From Halocafeteria seosinensis (Eukaryota), in NCBI GenBank assembly GCA_001687465.1, contig LVLI01000030.1, positions 1 to 64,000 of the forward strand: a stretch of DNA of 64,000 bases, read 5' to 3'. The translations under genes and the position numbers were made by a program. The notes below the pieces were generated by a model. The model searched no databases and was not told where the DNA came from. It saw only the letters and a list, made by a program, of their open reading frames with translations. How positions within the stretch are numbered: the stretch's first letter is position 1; each line of letters opens with the position of its first letter. Below are positions 9,298-22,815 of this stretch, piece by piece.

Positions 9298-11997
9298 TCA
9301 TGCATCTGGGTACTTCCAACTTGAATTCCAAGTCCCAAAGTGCATCAGTGAGCAGTACGGAACACGATCAGCATGTTGCAATCGACCGGTCGTTTTAGCA
9401 TTTTCATACTTCAGCGTTTCTTCAAATTCTCCCCTAATTGTTGCCGACTGAATGGTGGATAAAGCGCCTTCGTTCTGGAAAAACCTCAAGATTTGGACTC
9501 CTTGAACACATTTCGGGCCGTATTCGTCCCCACTCTTCAGTTGATCAGCAATGGATACTTTCTTCCGGAAAAATTTACCAAACATAGAAGGATATCGTGA
9601 GTATTTGTGACAGTTGCTCGGGTTTGCATGGGCATCTATGATTCTCTTCACTGTCTGCACGGCAAAGTCAAAACGAAAATAAGTCCGCTCGAATTCTCCA
9701 GTGTCGGTTGAGAAACTGCGAGCGGGTCTGCTCGCTACCTCGCGACTCGACGGATGCTCCTCCTGCTGATTGATGGCACCTCGGTTGTCGCATACTGCTT
9801 CTGCGAGCTCGTCCACACGACGAGATAGATGCTCAAGGCAAGCTTCTAAGGACCCGGTCTTTGTGTCCTGTCCTGGCAATGCCCTGGAGTTCCGGCACGA
9901 TTTAAGTTGCTGCTCAGAGTTCATACCGTTGCCACCCTCGACTTCATCACCTTGGTTCGCTTCAGCAACTTCTCTGGCAACCTTGGCTTCCCCCTTGGCA
10001 CTGTTTGCTAAGCCAGAGGCCGTCGCCGCTGCTTGTCGCACTTGATCTAGCTCAGCTCGCAGACTTTCCAATTCTCTTCGCAACTTTTCATGGTCTTCGG
10101 TTGTAGTTCCCTGCTTGGCTAAGCGAACCCGGTATTCAAGTTGTGCTATCCTCTCGTTAGGGTATGTGAAGTGTCGGGAGCATCCGTTGGGGGGTCGGGG
10201 GCATTCGTCGGGGATCACGTTTCCGGAAGCGTCACATTTGTGTGTGTGTCTCGTGAAATTCTCAGCGTAATTCACTTCAGTCGCATTCTGACTTAATGCC
10301 TCCACTTGGTATTTTTGGAGAGCATGACTGATGGAGCTGCGGTCGTACCCTAATTTCTCCAGGAGTCCTCGGGCTGTAAACACCTCGGAGCTGGCATCCT
10401 CTTCCATGCACAGTTTGATAATTGCCACTCCACATGCAATTCCTTCTTCTTCATACACGTTGTTTGGTGGTTCTGACATGATGCGATCTTTAATTTGTCG
10501 CCAGATACTGTTGGGTTCTGTCGTTGAATCCAGTGCATCAATATACTCTTTTAGCGCCAGAGCAATATTCCGAGTAACGTGCTCGACGAGCTGCATAATG
10601 TCTGTATGGGTACGTGCTACAGACAGCAAGTTGCTCATCGCACGGTTAGTATCCAGGATCACGTAGCCTTTCACAATCGAGTCTACGGCGCTGCTAATCT
10701 GACTTATAATAGGAAACCCTTGGAGCAAAGAACTAAGTAACGAAGTGACCATCGATTTCTTGTCTTTGGAATCCACAACAACATCCCCGCTCCGGATGCT
10801 CATGGCCGCAATGAAATAGTCATACACGACTGAGTTCAGTGCTCCATAAAAATCTCGAAGCTTTGGATCGGCCTTAATATACTCCAGGATCCTGTCTTCA
10901 TCCTCTTTTTCAAGTGCTCTGGGAATCTCATGGCGATGCACTGCCGCTCCCGTATGAGGTAAGACTCGAGTGCGCAGCTCCTCGATCTCCTTCTCCGTGA
11001 GTACTACATACTGTTGGGACTCACTAGTTTGCAGATGTGTTTGCGTGTTCTCGGTCCTTGTTCTAGTTGGCATACCGCTACCCCGAGTGACATACCGCTG
11101 GTCAGAAAATGGCTGACACTGATTGCTCTCTAGTTGTTGGACCACATGGTTGTGTCCAAGAGGTGCTGGTGTTTGAACTTCTTGTTCAGTGGCATCAGTA
11201 GAGGAAATTTGTGGGTTCAATTCATCATGACTACCATGGGTCTTGCCTGCTTCTCGGGACGCTCTTTCCGGTTCCTGCAGACAAACGATAGAATTAATGG
11301 AGAGTCAGTGAAAACAGGAAATTCTTGCGAGGTACTGAATGGGCGGAATGAGCTTTCGATCAATCGCAAGTTTTATGTCAAGTCCAAATCTTACCTGATT
11401 TCTCTGTTTCACCAGATGAGTAATGCTCGCTATCAGGGATTTGTCAGTGATTTCATTGTCCCCTAAGTCAATCTCCGTTAGCGTCGTGTTGACGTGCAAA
11501 GCATCAGTCAGAGACTGAGCACCCGCGTTGCCAATTTGATTCAATCCCAAATCAAGCACTGTCAAAGTCTTGTTAACTCGCAGGGCGTCCGCCAAAGAGC
11601 GGGCACCAAAATCACCAATGCGATTCTCCGCCAGTCCGATTCCGGTGAGAGTCGGATTGACGCGCAAGACTTCGGCCAACGATTGAGCACCGGAATCGCC
11701 AATTCTATTCGTCCGTAAACCGAGACCAGTTATCGTGGTATTAGTGCGCAAAGTACCGGCTAACGCTAGGGCACCTTCATCTCCAATCTGGTTCCCCTGA
11801 AGGTCCACCCAGGTGAGTGATGAATTGGCACGCAACGCTTCTGCCAGGCCATGAACCTCATTGTCACCCAGTCTCTTGAATGCAAGGTCAAATTGTGTGC
11901 CTGTATATTCCGGATCATTCCCTTGAATGCGCTGAATAACCTGCTGGGTTCCGGATTCGTGGACCGCACTTCCGTTATGTTGGCTATTCGCAGCCAT
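9298..11997 (-). CDS. RI/NLRC3-type LRR protein fused to a helical and coiled-coil C-terminal region; two exons (11997-11395, 11274-9298)
   Basis: 28-aa repeats LxxxxLxxNxIGDxGAxxLAxALxxN. The intron CAG|GTAAGA...CTGCAG|GAA joins ORF 11305-12105 in frame with ORF 9298-11220. Confidence 0.85.
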
Positions 11998-13019
11998 CTT
12001 TGAGTTCCTTTGTGATCTGCAGGAAACAGAACGAGATAAACACCTATGCAATACCGGAATATGCCATATGTGGAGACGTACATTCAAAAAACAGCGATTC
12101 GCCACAAAGATATTCTTGCCGAAGAATAAATTGTGGTTCTCCGAGGTCGCTTTCTCCTTTTTATAACCGTGGCGTCAAAACTCGAACGAGAAGACCAGAC
12201 CAAACACACGCACAAACAATACCTTGTGCCTACCTCTGCAATGACCAGGTTCCGGTTATCTAGACTTTCTGACTGCAGAATAAGATATTGAGCGCCCGGC
12301 ACGTTGTTGCGGGTGGGAAGGAAGGATTCTCGGGACGTTATCCCGAGGTAACCGCACTTGCTGTCCGGCAGTTTTGCGGGCAACGCTTAATGTGGAACAG
12401 ACGCACGTAGGACACGTATAGACCGTACTTTCGTGGTGAATTCAATTCCCCTGTTTATTTTGCAAATGGTCGTCGGAGTCTTGCAAGATCTGAAACATAA
12501 TGTACACCTTTCTTGGTACAAGTTGTACAATTGTACAATGTACCGTTTACTTGACTTGCGGACTGAAGAGCTAATTGTGCAGACCGTATTACGCTGACCA
12601 GACTTCCATACTTGAACGCCGTGGATTACCTAACGGTCTGAGTAGCACCGCCTACTACGGAACATTCTCCTCTGCCATCTGGTAGCTAATGCTGGCGGAG
12701 CTTCTGTACGACCTCGACTGATGTTCCGGCCACGGAGAATACGTACAGAACCTCTAAAGAAGGCCGTATTATCTAATGGAACAGTCATATTAACGGTTGA
12801 AGTATTATCGGCTGGTGAAGCGTTATTGACTGTAATGGTGATATTTCAGTGTTTCTTGATTGATATCCCATGGTACATCACCGGCGGCCTCGGTTGGTTT
12901 GCCCCCTGTCTTCAGCTGTTGACGGAAGCGAAGACAGATTGTCGGAGCGGAGCAACTTCCGTACTTCGCCACAGGAAGTGGACTTCGGTTCTCCAGGCAA
13001 CGGTTTGCTTAGAAATTTT

Positions 13020-13340
13020 GTGACCTTACTGTGCGTTTGAGTCTTCGAGCAGGCAATGCAGTAACACTGATTGTCTGGCTTCACCGTATCGGAAGCGCTC
13101 CTTGTCTCAGAAGGTGTTGGGCAGAACCTTGGGGTTAGAGTGGAAGAGGCCACAGACTCTGTGGCACAGAGCTACTGCTACTTAAAGGACTGTGACCTTG
13201 CTTGTCGTTGTCGTGGATGAAATCAACGTAGGTAAAGGAGTAGTGTCCTTTTGGCGTACTAGTCTCTTACAAATCTGTATTTCAATCGTTGTGGTTTAGC
13301 TGGAAGTAGCCCGGAAGTAGCAATTTTCTTTATTTTGACT
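13020..13340 (-). pseudogene. Decayed 3' fragment paralogous to the GLUG-like gene at 6691-8409
   Basis: PTPSETRSASDTVKPDNQ / VTALPARRLKRTV (frameshifted) aligns with PTASETNSASVTDKPDDQ...ITVLPAQRSKRIV. Confidence 0.6.
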
Positions 13341-13858
13341 ACGTTTGCTGTAACATTCATGGAAAAGATAAAACAGATGGTCATATATCCGGTGAACTTG
13401 GATGCACAAAACAGAAGACACGGGTCACCCTCGTTGTGCTTTGGTCAACTCCCCGGCCGGTGGACTATCTGTCACATATGGGTGTGTGTGTGCTCAGGGA
13501 ATTCAAGAATGTCCATGAATGTCCAAGGATTCCTCAGACTTGCTCGAGGAGTGCAAATTGCAATGCTGTTAAGGAGACATCAAGAAGCACATGTACCATT
13601 CTCCTTTGACTCAGTGTTCACCTTTTAGGTTTCTCCTGCAAAAATTCTGCAGTATGCGTTTTTCATTTTTTGGGCCCTCGTCGATTCTCCCCTCGAACGG
13701 CTGCGGCAGCTTCACAGTGGATATTGGCGTTGGTTTCTTCAATATTTTGAGTCATTTTGTTGTTGTATTTCACGAGATGGAATCCAGGAAACAGCAGCTG
13801 TCATACCGCATGTATGCACTGTTGACTCTCAAAACCGGAAGTGTTCTTTCTTTTGAGG

Positions 13859-15921
13859 ATGGCGGATCCCAGCATGGTCGACTCCTCGCTTCCTCGCTTC
13901 CATCGCTTCGATTCCTCTTCCTCTTCCTCGAAAAGGAATCGGACAAAAAAAGAAGAATCTAACCAAGAGAATTCTACTTCTGCTTCTAGTTCCAGCGGTG
14001 GTGGAAGTTCGTATATAATACGCTCCAGCGATCTCAAACGCTTTCTGCAGCATGTGAGAGAGGAGAATGAAAACCTTAGTCAGCAATTGTCATCTTCCCA
14101 AGGGAAAACGACGACAACGACTCCTCGTGAAGAATCTACCACATCTACAGGAACTGTGTCATCATCCCCGTCTTCGTTCGCTGCGATGCATCAAAGAAAT
14201 CCTCCAGGAAAGAATCGTCAGCAGCATTCTAACGCTCCCGGAGGACCTCCCGAGGCGTATGAGAATGGAGGGAGTTCATTGAATACTATGGACTTACAGA
14301 AAGAGATTGAGGATCTACAGAAGCGATATTTCAAGCAAAAACCGAGCGGATCCCGAGTTTCCACGTCTACCAATGCTGCTGGAGGACATGAAAGTTCGCC
14401 GCCGGAACCGAAGCCACGATTGGAAGTGACGGATACGACCACGACCACTAGGGCAGCAGCATTAACAGCAGATTCAGAGGGAGCCGAACAACGTTCATTG
14501 TATTCGATGTCGCCTGTGCAGCACTGCAAGCAAGCATCAAGCGATGGAAGCTCAAATTCCCCGGTGGAAATTCAAAACCCACATTCAATCGTTAACCAGG
14601 AAGTACCAGCAGGGGAACTCTCGACGATTATGGAACAGGATAATGAGAGCTCTATAATTTCCGAAACGAGTGGAGCCAAGGGAGACAGCGGTGAAATACG
14701 ACAGTCCCTGCAGCGGAAGAGATCAGGTGAAGGAGGTATTCAGAACCGATCACGTGCATCTCGCTCTCCCATACAACACCGAAATACAAACGGTAAGCAG
14801 AACCGCAAACAAACGAGTGGTCCGCGACCACCCACCGATGGTAAGGGGAACCGAAGCAGCGTTCCATGTAAGATTCCTATCCATCGCCAAAGAACGGCAA
14901 ACCAAAGGGCGTCTGACGCACAAGAAAGCAAGCACATGATGAATAAAGTAATCAAGAACCCTGCAGAGTTGCTGGAAGATTCAGACTCCGATGAAGAGTA
15001 CGATAATGATGACCAGCTCACAGACTTGCCTGCCACTAATACGTTTGTGATGGAGTCGAATGACGCGTCCATGACCTCAGCATCCGTGGCGTTGGACGGC
15101 TCCCATCATTTTGTTCCTCCGCATGATATCAACCTTCGCAAAACTGTCTGGAAATCCAAGCAGAAGCAGAATTCAAAGGAAGAGACCCCGGGTGGCACAT
15201 CTTCGTCCATGGATTGGTTGGGAGGCGATGCGTCCTTAGAGGAATCTATCGTCGGTCAAAGCGAATTCGTCATGCCACCACAAGATAGTGAGTTCGCTTC
15301 ATAGAGCTCTTGCAGAAAACGAAACCACTTTCAGCTCGGAGGAAGTGCACTTGAATTTCGTCTGGCTACGGCCTCTCTTGAGATGGCTAAGTGCCTGTAT
15401 GTAAGTGGATTGGATACTGCGATGTGATAACTCGAGCTGTATGACACGTTGCCTTTAACAATGTCACGAGGGCCGGCATGATGCATGCCTGAATTCCGTG
15501 AAGGGAGGAGTTTTCCCTTTGCATTCTATTGGTTTGCTCGAACTTCTAGGAAGGCATGTGTTACGATTGTTTTGTGGAGATGTTAGCTCGATGACTTTTG
15601 TGGAGCCCGAGAGTCGAAATTCCACCAGTTGGTGTGCTATTGCAATTGCAGACTGTCAGATTTTAATGGGATCTCCAGTTCCTAGTGACCATCTATTAAG
15701 AGCTTTCTCGAGAGGATACACGCTATATAGGTTCTGTACAGCCATTTGAAGAGGCGCATACCGAATTTGAAGCCCATAAATTGCAGGAAGCCGAAGTAAG
15801 TTCGCATTCCAGGGGGGAATGCATCCCACTTGCGGGTAACGAAGATGTGGATGAGGGAAGTGCTTTCAAGTTACTTCGTCCGAAGAACTGTAGAAGCGCC
15901 AGCAACGGATGTTTCTCCTAA
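13859..15921 (+). CDS. Ser-rich, largely disordered hypothetical protein; multi-exon 3' end approximate
   Basis: Long first exon from ATG 13859, donor near 15286, downstream coding segments LGGSALEFRLATASLEMAKCLY and ...FKLLRPKNCRSASNGCFS* ending at 15921. Confidence 0.65.
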
Positions 15922-16686
15922 CAAAACTTTTATGAGCCAGTAAACGGGAATCAGATTGGTGATACGTTTGTTGTGCTAAATACCGGTTTTGCTCTACGTT
16001 CAGCGCTTCGGACAGTAGCTACGCACCATACGTTTTCTTGGGGGTAGTTTCGGGAGATAATTCTCAGCGGAATATCTAGCAGTTTATCCTGATCGTTGTA
16101 TGATCTTCATTGGACAAACAAGAATATCCCTGATAATGGGAACTGTGACGTCCAATTGAATTTGAATTGGCGGATTTGAAATTGTGAACACAGTATCACT
16201 TTCCAACAGCCTTCAGCCCTGACCAATGCCAAGGATGACTGTTTGCTATTGCGCAAGTTTTTGGAATAGCAAACAGTGTACTACTTGTTTTCTATCTTAG
16301 GTAAAAGTGAGGGCACTTTATGGGTGTTCATAGACTTCCCTCAAAATTTGAGACTCAAATGCATGAACTTCATGATGGAAGTTAAGAAATGGGCTGGTTT
16401 GGGAACGTCCTGGCAGCACATCAACACCCAACTTTTTGGGTGAAGTAAATTCTACATAAGACTCTCTAAAGTCTCGAATGGCCAAGTCACTGTATTTCAT
16501 ATTAATCTCAATAGTCTGCACACTGACTACAATGGTTAACCTACACATCCACCCAAAATGCGCTGAGCTGCTCACTGGCTACACTACTCTGCGCTGAATG
16601 TATCTCACTTTCTTCTCGTTCAATAGGTTTGTTAGACCATGGATAGTGCCATTTGTTAGTAGATAAACAACAACTTGTCGCCGTGA

Positions 16687-18480
16687 ATGTCTGCCGCGCG
16701 GCACGTACGTGACGGTTCGGAGACAGGACGGGAAAGTCTCAGTCCTCCAGTTGTCGAACGTCCCATTCTCCAGACAGATGATGGCTCCACTGGGACATTC
16801 AATGGTGGTGGTGGTGGTGCGCGTTCCATGTCAAAGCGCAAACTCAGCTCCAGCGTCACCTCGAGAAATGTAGCGTTCCCGGAAGACAGGGATTCGATTG
16901 CGGACATCTTGATCCGACAAGCCACGCGGTCACACGTGGGGGATAAGTCAGTTGCCTCCAAAACGATTGCCGCACAAAATCTGCAGACTGCGCTTCCCGC
17001 AACCTATTTGGAACTGCTAGGAGATGATTGCAGCCATGCGTCGACCGCCATGGGCCATGGGTACGTGATTTCGGTAGTCCAAGACGCCCAGAAACTCGGA
17101 CGAGGCTTCCCCATCGGGGTGGCGTTGGCCCACCTGGAACAGTTCATTCTGGAGGCTAATATTAAGGTGGAAGCACCTTGGAAAGTATGGTACGCTGCAC
17201 AAGCTAAAGTAAATGAGTCATCAGCCACTGGCTCCCCAGCTTCTACATCTGCTTCTCCAGTGCCCAGTGACCTCAAACTCGAACAATTCCTCGGAGATGA
17301 AGAAGCTAAGCAAGGTAAAAAATGCATCGAACATCTGAACCATGCTGTCTATAAAATCCAAAAGAAGGAAAAACTACTTATTTCAAACTATACTATCGAT
17401 GACCGAGTAATGCCGCTTTTCACTGAAATCGATCTACTCGAGGTATTGGCCTTTAGAGATCATCCAGCCATTCGTATGAAACGGGTCGAGATGCCACCCA
17501 GCAAAGAGAACAAAGAGCCAAATAATAGCCAAATCAACAGTTATCTTCCTATGGGAGCGAGATTATCTTCCCATCAGTTGGGATATTGGGGTAGCGCAAG
17601 GCAAATTATGTTCGGAGTGGTAGTACGGGATTTGTACACAGCCTATGGACACCTACAAGCTTATTCGAAGACGCAGTCTTCGCTGATCAACGAACCTACA
17701 GCGAGCGACTGCATCAACAGTCTTCAAATACGTCATCCTTTTGTTGCAATACTCTTACATCCCCGAGGTGGCATGCTTCCATGCGAAGGAAGGTTTCTTG
17801 GCTGCATGAGCGGTCCTCTCGTCAAGGCACAATTGACGCAGGTTGCGCCATCAAACAACCCCGCTCCAAACAAACATCACGTCTCGGTTAGAAGACAATG
17901 CAGTTTCTTCGGTGGGATAATTGAGTTAATGGCAATGATTAACTACGCATTTATCGAGTGTCCTTGGCGAAAGTCATCGCAAGAAGAGACAACCCGAAGT
18001 GCCCAGCCACGGCTGCGCACTGCCGCTGACCGGTATAATTCATGGCATACTCTGGTATCCGATGCTTCGAAGTTTGCGCTTCTCTTGGGCGGTATTGGTC
18101 CCGGGGCGTTGTATTTGGGTGAAGGTTGCTGCGGATCATGCAGTTGCCTCTGCTGCTGTTGCGGAAGTTTTACGGATAGGTTGCACAGGAGAGCAGGAAC
18201 TGAATTGCCTCTCTGGTGGTGCTGGAAATTCCAACCGGCATTCGATAGCGGGACAGGGAACGCTCACATTCATTCGCACGTCAGAGAACTTAGCAACAAC
18301 TACGAGCTTTCCCAAGCTAGAGGTTCTGTGACGGCTAAACTGCAAACGCACCTCCAAAAGGCGCGGTCAAACATCAGCAGAAAGAAAGACCCTCTCCATC
18401 ACGCAAATAGCGAGGAGCAAATAGAATCAAAGATGGTACCCCAAAAAGGAAATATTGATTCCTCGGGACATTCTCGATGA
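16687..18480 (+). CDS. Hypothetical protein (597 aa) with a Cys cluster
   Basis: Long uninterrupted ORF containing GCCGSCSCLCCCCGS; no family recognised. Confidence 0.7.
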   Translation: MSAARHVRDGSETGRESLSPPVVERPILQTDDGSTGTFNGGGGGARSMSKRKLSSSVTSRNVAFPEDRDSIADILIRQATRSHVGDKSVASKTIAAQNLQTALPATYLELLGDDCSHASTAMGHGYVISVVQDAQKLGRGFPIGVALAHLEQFILEANIKVEAPWKVWYAAQAKVNESSATGSPASTSASPVPSDLKLEQFLGDEEAKQGKKCIEHLNHAVYKIQKKEKLLISNYTIDDRVMPLFTEIDLLEVLAFRDHPAIRMKRVEMPPSKENKEPNNSQINSYLPMGARLSSHQLGYWGSARQIMFGVVVRDLYTAYGHLQAYSKTQSSLINEPTASDCINSLQIRHPFVAILLHPRGGMLPCEGRFLGCMSGPLVKAQLTQVAPSNNPAPNKHHVSVRRQCSFFGGIIELMAMINYAFIECPWRKSSQEETTRSAQPRLRTAADRYNSWHTLVSDASKFALLLGGIGPGALYLGEGCCGSCSCLCCCCGSFTDRLHRRAGTELPLWWCWKFQPAFDSGTGNAHIHSHVRELSNNYELSQARGSVTAKLQTHLQKARSNISRKKDPLHHANSEEQIESKMVPQKGNIDSSGHSR

Positions 18481-18517
18481 GAAACGATATACTGAGAAGG
18501 ATGGAACAAATTTCTTC

Positions 18518-21500
18518 TCAGCTTGCCGAATGGAGTGCCATGGTACTGATTGAAAATCCCTTTTCTTCCGTGGAGCCGCCATGCTCGGAACAGCTGTGTG
18601 CACCGTTATGGACCAGACTCTCTTGTATCGATTCCAATCGGACGTCCGCACATACCAATGTATTTCCACTTTCAAGAAGTAGTGGCTTTTCCGTGATCGT
18701 GCTGTCTGTCGGTAGCTCAGCCAGCAATGGAGAACGTGAACGCACTAACTCAGACGGATTTCGTAGTTGAAACTTCCGTGGTTTAGCTAGGCCAATGCTA
18801 GCTGCATCCACGTATTCCAAATGGCTGGCGACAGCCTTCTTAAACGAGACGATAGAACTAGACTTCGGGACCAGAATAGTTCTGATATACCTGAGGTTGA
18901 ACTCTTTCAAGTGTTCTTCCGTTAGCTGGAATAGATGCAGGAAAATCATTCCCTCCTTCATCGCACGGGATGTTCGCCTGAGAGCTGAACAGCTATGGGC
19001 ATCGTCGCTCTCTAGCTTCTCAACGTTACAATTGAACCGTCCATCAATTGGGGTTAAAGCTGCTTGAGTAATTAGCAAATACAACTCTTCACGACTCTCC
19101 ATAAGGTGAAGAACGTTTGACAGGGGGACGATAGGCTCGCCGAGGTAGCGCGGTGTGAATACAATATCTTCACCAGTATGAGCACTGGACATCTCTTTGC
19201 TGGATAATTCGGTTATACATGGAAACCCGACAGAAACGTCTAAGCTGTCGCTGAAGGATTCAGAGATTCTATTCCAAAACTGTTCTGAAGTTGCTGACAG
19301 CGAGTACAACAGTTCCATCACAGGGTCAGTTTCAGTGGGTGAGTTACTCCTCAGAAAGTACAAATGCACTTTGCAGGCCTGCTGACGCTCTCCCAGAGGC
19401 AAGGACAAAAATCCTTGTAGTGTGCCACCACTTGCCATACCAATATCACAGAATGACTTCGACAATTTAACAGCATGCTTGCTTCGTCCATTTTGCTTCG
19501 AGTAGCCCGCAGCAGTAACCTTCTCCAAATCCAGGTGCAAATCAACGTCTCGGTCGCACATGTGACGCAACTTTCCTAAGAGCTCAGCGTGGAGGGTTTG
19601 AACTTGTGATCTCCTGTCTTGCTTCGTCTCGAATATCACTTGATCCGTTTCTTGGCCATCACCGATACCGAATCGTCCACTTGAGGCAATACACTTGGCG
19701 GAACAAATCATCTGCAGTTGCGACGTGGGGATCCTTACTATAACCTCTACTTCATTGGCCGCGTGATCAAGTTGCTTCAGTACCGGTGAATCAACTGCAG
19801 ACTGTAACCAGCCTGGATCATCCTCGTTTTCGGGTTCGTTTGATAGCGGAAACAGTAGTTGCTCAGCAAAAATAACCCCATCCACAGATACGTCGACTAA
19901 ATCTCGAAGGGAAATATCATTCGCGAGAGTTATCCAAGCTCTTTTGGTGTTGTTAACTGAGCCAAAGAAGGATATCCCACCTGTCGATACGGACATGAGA
20001 ACATGATCTATGGCAGCATTGGCCAGCTGAGGCGGACCTTCACCAACCACGGCAGCAATGACTGAATTGTCTTCTAAAAAACGCCGATGGTCAGGACCGG
20101 CACCTACAAGAGATGCAACATTTATTTGGCCTTTCCATACAAGTCGGGTGGATTCGAAACCGAATCCAAACAACTCAGCGATTCTTAAGCGAATGTCATT
20201 AAGTGTTGCATCTCCTTCGAACGTTACTGCCGTCATAGCTCCATACTCCGGCTCTTCGGTACTACTAGTGTGCACAGGGATCACATTAATGCTACCCTTT
20301 GAAAGTGCCTCAGATGCCCACAATCCACACTGAGTATGACAATAATCAAAGAAGTACATCCGGTTGTGCAGCTCTTCGGCCCAGTGACCGGCGGGTGACA
20401 TGAGAAGTGTCTTTGTCTCAGGAGGGATACTTGTGTCGTGAGACAGGAAGGACTCCATTTTCGTCAGAAAACCCTGTGGTTCAGTGTACAAATCTCTTTC
20501 AGCGTCAGAAGGATTGCCAAAATCCCTTCGACAACTTTCGAGGTTTAGCACTTGCAGCGGTTTCCGCAAGTGAGGATCCCAGACTCGTAAAAATGTCCTA
20601 CGAAAGAATTCCAAATATGCCCTTTCGACAGTACAAGATACTACCGCCTCGGGCCAGAGCTCGCGACCCGCCTTGAGGAAAATTATCCATATAGGGTCCA
20701 TGAGTCTGAGAATGATCGTGGTTTCCTTCCAGCAGCCTGATTTCACATCCAATGTAACAAGATCAACGCGAATAGTACACCTCTGGCGGTTCAACTCTTG
20801 CAGTTCTCTCTGCAATACATCGTTATCCGAGAGTACCTCGCTGCGCAATGCAGCAGGAGGAAGGGCATTATCTGCATTAAGCTCCGCAACTACGGGTCCT
20901 TTTCGATAAAAAACAATGTAGGGGGTTTGCTTTCCAGCGCCTGTTGTATCCGTTTCGTCATTCCTAAGAATTCTCTGGTATAACTCGTCCCTATCAACAG
21001 TCTCTATGTTAGAATCGTTAAACAAGTACCACTTATCCTCACTAGGTTGCCAGATATACGCCGTGTAGTGGCCCCCCATAGAGCCTCCTTTGTGAACAAT
21101 AATAGAGGTGATGTAATACTTCACCGCATCCGGAGCTCCCTTCTTGCCTGTCGAACGCAGCAACTCACCAGTGTCTGCGTCTATCTCCAGTGACTCGGGC
21201 AGGTGCACTGAATGGTACAGTTTGCGTCTGGATAACGTGACTAAATCGAATTCAAACCTGTTCAGCGCAATGCACAAGTGGTTCGGGAAGTAGCGTTCTG
21301 CATTCCCACGATATCAAACATCGTAAGTTAGAGTAAGGGACACAAAGTACTACATACCGGTTGTATCGTTATCTGATGAGACTTTCCCGGAACTTTCGAT
21401 ATAGATTCTCGCTCCTTTTACTGCTGGTCTTTTCCCAATACAAACAGAGCACTCGTAGGCATTTTCTCCTGTCAAATCTTCTTCGGTTGTGTACTCCTCA

Positions 21501-22257
21501 AATGCTTCCTGAAGGCTATTCGAGGAAGACACGGGAACAACCAACGTATGAAAGGGCTCCAATCTCGGTGCAGACTGTTTGCATTCCAGGCATTGTACAT
21601 AGTGCTCGACATGCCCTGTATGTTCTCGACTAATAAATTGAGAAACGTCGGATTTGGGATCCAGTGTCTGTAGTGACTGGAGTATAACGATGAAGGCTTC
21701 TTGGACATCGTGTTGTGTGAAGACTTCGTTACGGGAATCCCATCCGAACGATTTCGTCAAATTCGCCGTTGTCACACTGGGACGCTCGCTCAATTGCATA
21801 AAGGCAAACAACCGCTGCAATTGCCGAGGGAAACATCGATCTTCGGGACCATGTTGCGCAGAATTGTACCCCCATCCTGTACAAGGAAGTGCAACAAAGG
21901 ATGAGTGTTTCCCCCGCTCAGAAAAGAAAGAAACCCGTGATGTGAACACTTACGGTAGAGAGCTGCTCTGAATTCCTCGTTCATGAATAAGACTTGCAGC
22001 AGGCTATTCAAATAACAAGTGCTGCCTTGATTCGCCAATCCCACAAACGGAGTCGAAGCACGCTCACCTACGGCAGCGGCAGTACTCGGATGATTATAAG
22101 CGCCTCCTCCATGATTCGTAACGGTAACATCTCTACCGTGTGTACCCGTGAACTGACCACCGTTGGTGACTACTTGCTCATGGGGAGCTCCTACATTCCT
22201 CTTTGACTTTTTGAGGGATGCACTCTGAAGTGCATTCTTCAGCTGGCTCGGATCCAT
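18518..22257 (-). CDS. Ubiquitin-specific protease (peptidase C19), USP40/USP47-like; three exons
   Basis: Cys box [23 protein letters not shown]...QHDVQE, His box [14 protein letters not shown]...WYLFNDS. GT-AG introns at about 21953-21878 and 21358-21298. Confidence 0.93.
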
Positions 22258-22815
22258 TCTTTCTAGTTTCTACCTCTCTCAACCGAGGAGAACAACTTAA
22301 AAAAAAAAAAAAATCGCTTTATGGGCATAGCTACTTCCCTTGAACTCCTTCCTTCTCCTCGTGATGCGTTACATCCCCTACGATTCCAATTCTTCTTCCT
22401 TGTGGTTTACCCGTATGTGCCAGAAAGATTTTACGCTTTCTTACGCGCGCAACCGTAAAATGTTTGCGCAGCTCCGGCCCAGGGAGCGATTCAAAGGCGG
22501 GTGCCAGCGGGCAGAGCCGGCGCGCACTCCCCTCCACTGCGTTGCAGCACCGTGCATGGCAGGGCCAACTGTGCGGCGCAGAACGGGCCACAGCCGGACA
22601 AAAGTAGCCTTCCCCCCGAAAGACGGCTCCCCTGCCCTGGGGGATAAAAATTACAAAAAAGGTCACGTGGCACAAAGATTTTGCTGTTTTGAAATACCAG
22701 CGAAGTCAGATAATTTCAAATTTTTTGAGTTTGAGTTGATACGCGCAAATTATCACGGCAAAAAGTGAACAACTGATATTGGTCTGTCTATTACCCAGGG
22801 CATATTACCAGAAGC

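Noticed and set aside
15950..16600. Minus-strand ORF fragments (e.g. 16318-16575) as a gene
   Set aside because: Interrupted by stops with no recognisable domain; at most an unidentifiable remnant.
22299..22313. A15 tract as a retroelement poly(A) tail
   Set aside because: No TSD or upstream element body; it lies ~40 bp from the USP start and is more likely a promoter or UTR poly(dA:dT) tract.
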